Below, piece by piece: positions 62,443 to 64,000 of a stretch of DNA of 64,000 bases. The translations under genes and the position numbers were made by a program. This stretch comes from Bispira polyomma (taxonomy: Eukaryota). Within the stretch, counting starts at the first letter, position 1. The number at the start of each line of letters is the position of its first letter. The DNA lies in contig OZ287750.1 of the NCBI GenBank assembly GCA_965649765.1, positions 101,060,001 to 101,124,000 on the forward strand. Direction: 5' to 3'. The notes beneath the pieces are model-generated. The model saw only the letters and a list, made by a program, of their open reading frames with translations, made no database searches and was not told where the DNA came from.

Positions 62443-64000
62443 TATGATGTATCCATTAAATAAACATCCATTTGACAAGAAACAGACTCTCAAACGTCAA
62501 TGTCACTTTAAGGACAAGGACCTGGTAAGTAATTATAGTATTGTTTACAACACAGGTAACCAGTCAACGAATGTTAGCAGGGCCATTCAACATGGCCAGT
62601 TTGGTGGTGTTTTAATAGACACACAATTAAGGGGGTAGCCCTTTGTGTAATACAGGCCATTGGGGGAACAAAGAGGGGGACTGTACAATTAGAAAGAGTC
62701 AACAATGGTTGAGGGGATTCGTATCAACAAACCCAGTCAAACAAATAACCCCCTTTAATGAGGCCCCTGTCCTAGAATTGCAAGACAATTATATGGTGAC
62801 TTAGGTTAAGCAAGCACACTTATTAGCAAAAGCAACAGGCCTGCCAAATCACAAGGGGGCCAGAGTAGCCGTCCCTTCACAATTAAACATTTAAACATGA
62901 AGAACTTATTTAAAAGACTACGACCTGTCAGTAATATGTGATTATCTACAATTTAGATTCCCCTTATCACTTGACTATAGCACTTTTAAGTATAATACAA
63001 GGGTGCAAAACCACCCCTCGGCTAGCAATTTCCTGGATGACGTCACAAAGTACTTTAACACTGAGGTCAGGTACAAGGCTATAGTAGGCCCCATGGTTAT
63101 TAGCCCATTCGACAAGTTGCATATTTCACTGTAGATGTCTAGACCCAACGGTACTTGGCCTATAATAGTAGACTTATCATGGCCACATGGCAACAGTGTC
63201 AACTCTTGTATTCCGAAAAACGTCATTGATGACATAGAATTTCAGTTGAAATATCCTACCATAGATAATATTGTTGAAAAAATTGCCTTGCTGGGCCCAT
63301 AGTGTTTATTGTACAAAATTGACCTTCAGCGCGCTAACAGGAATTTGAGGACTGATCCTCATGATTATAGCATATTAGAACTCAGAACAACCAGGTGTAC
63401 ATTGACGTCAGCATGCCCTTCGGGCTTGCCTCGGGTGCATGCGCATGCCAGATGGCAACTAATTGCATAACTGTCTCATGCATGGTAGTAATTATTGGAT
63501 ATGTTCTTACTTAAACGTTTGTATTGGGATAGCGCCTCCTAGCAAGGCTAGTACAGCATTCACAACCCTCAGAAATTGAATAACCAAGTTGGGGTTGCCC
63601 ATTAACGAGGACAAGGTAGATGCCCCTACAGAAAAGTTAACATGTTCAGGTATTATTATAAACTCAAAGAGAGGCAGGTAAACAATTCTGAATAACAAGT
63701 TAGCAGAAGTCAAACAATTATGTATACAGTGGCAAGGAAAACAAAAGGGTAGAAGCATTTATCAAATGATGATCCTAATTTAGGCATATTTTGGAGTTTA
63801 AACCTCTATAACTCCCCCAGTTTTCAACATTTTTTAAATGTTAGTGGCTCAACTAATAGGTATGGCATTTATTTATGATTCCACCAAATATTATGGCCAT
63901 TATATGTATAGAAATATTTAATGTTTATTTTTCCTTCTGTGATTGGGCTAAACCCAGTGATTAAACTATGATCCTATTTGTGGCCATGTGACAGTGTGAC

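Larger units (their letters stand above)
59560..63760 (+). mobile_element. Element I: degenerate YR-type retrotransposon (gag + 5' pol; 3' part missing)
   Basis: gag from 59818 (CNKCKKSHRLPVGDEC, WPHEYC, QWVQGF, CPKYAKGLC); pol motifs NHPSA, VDLSWPHG, YKIDLQRA, MPFG. Confidence 0.88.

Noticed and set aside
1-64000. flamenco-like uni-strand piRNA cluster as a firm call
   Set aside because: LINEs, SINEs and two YR remnants occur on both strands; this cannot be shown without small-RNA data.

Overview
AT-rich animal genomic DNA with no recognisable host gene. It is probably from a marine invertebrate, tentatively a mollusc, judging by the SINE type. The window is a nest of at least nine mutually divergent tyrosine-recombinase (YR) retrotransposons or remnants, labelled A-I. 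They belong to the DIRS order with a Ngaro/PAT-like layout: gag, RT/RNase H, YR, and no methyltransferase. They are mixed with LINE fragments (L1/Tx1-, L2- and RTE-X-like), tRNA-derived SINEs, PIF/Harbinger pieces and a near-identical 3.4-kb tandem duplication. Comparing the YR elements reveals conserved cis-signals that suggest a retrovirus-like expression programme. (1) A phase-1 splice donor lies at the same point in mid-gag, and a phase-1 acceptor lies exactly 6 nt after the pol stop, predicting a spliced Gag(N)-YR fusion. (2) An in-frame A_AAA_AAC slippery site plus hairpin at the gag end predicts Gag-Pol by -1 frameshifting. (3) An array of TWAG-N5-CYTA palindromes/hairpins lies at the 3' end, where I could not find LTRs or split direct repeats. 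All comparisons were done by eye; element boundaries are approximate and novelty was not checked against the literature.
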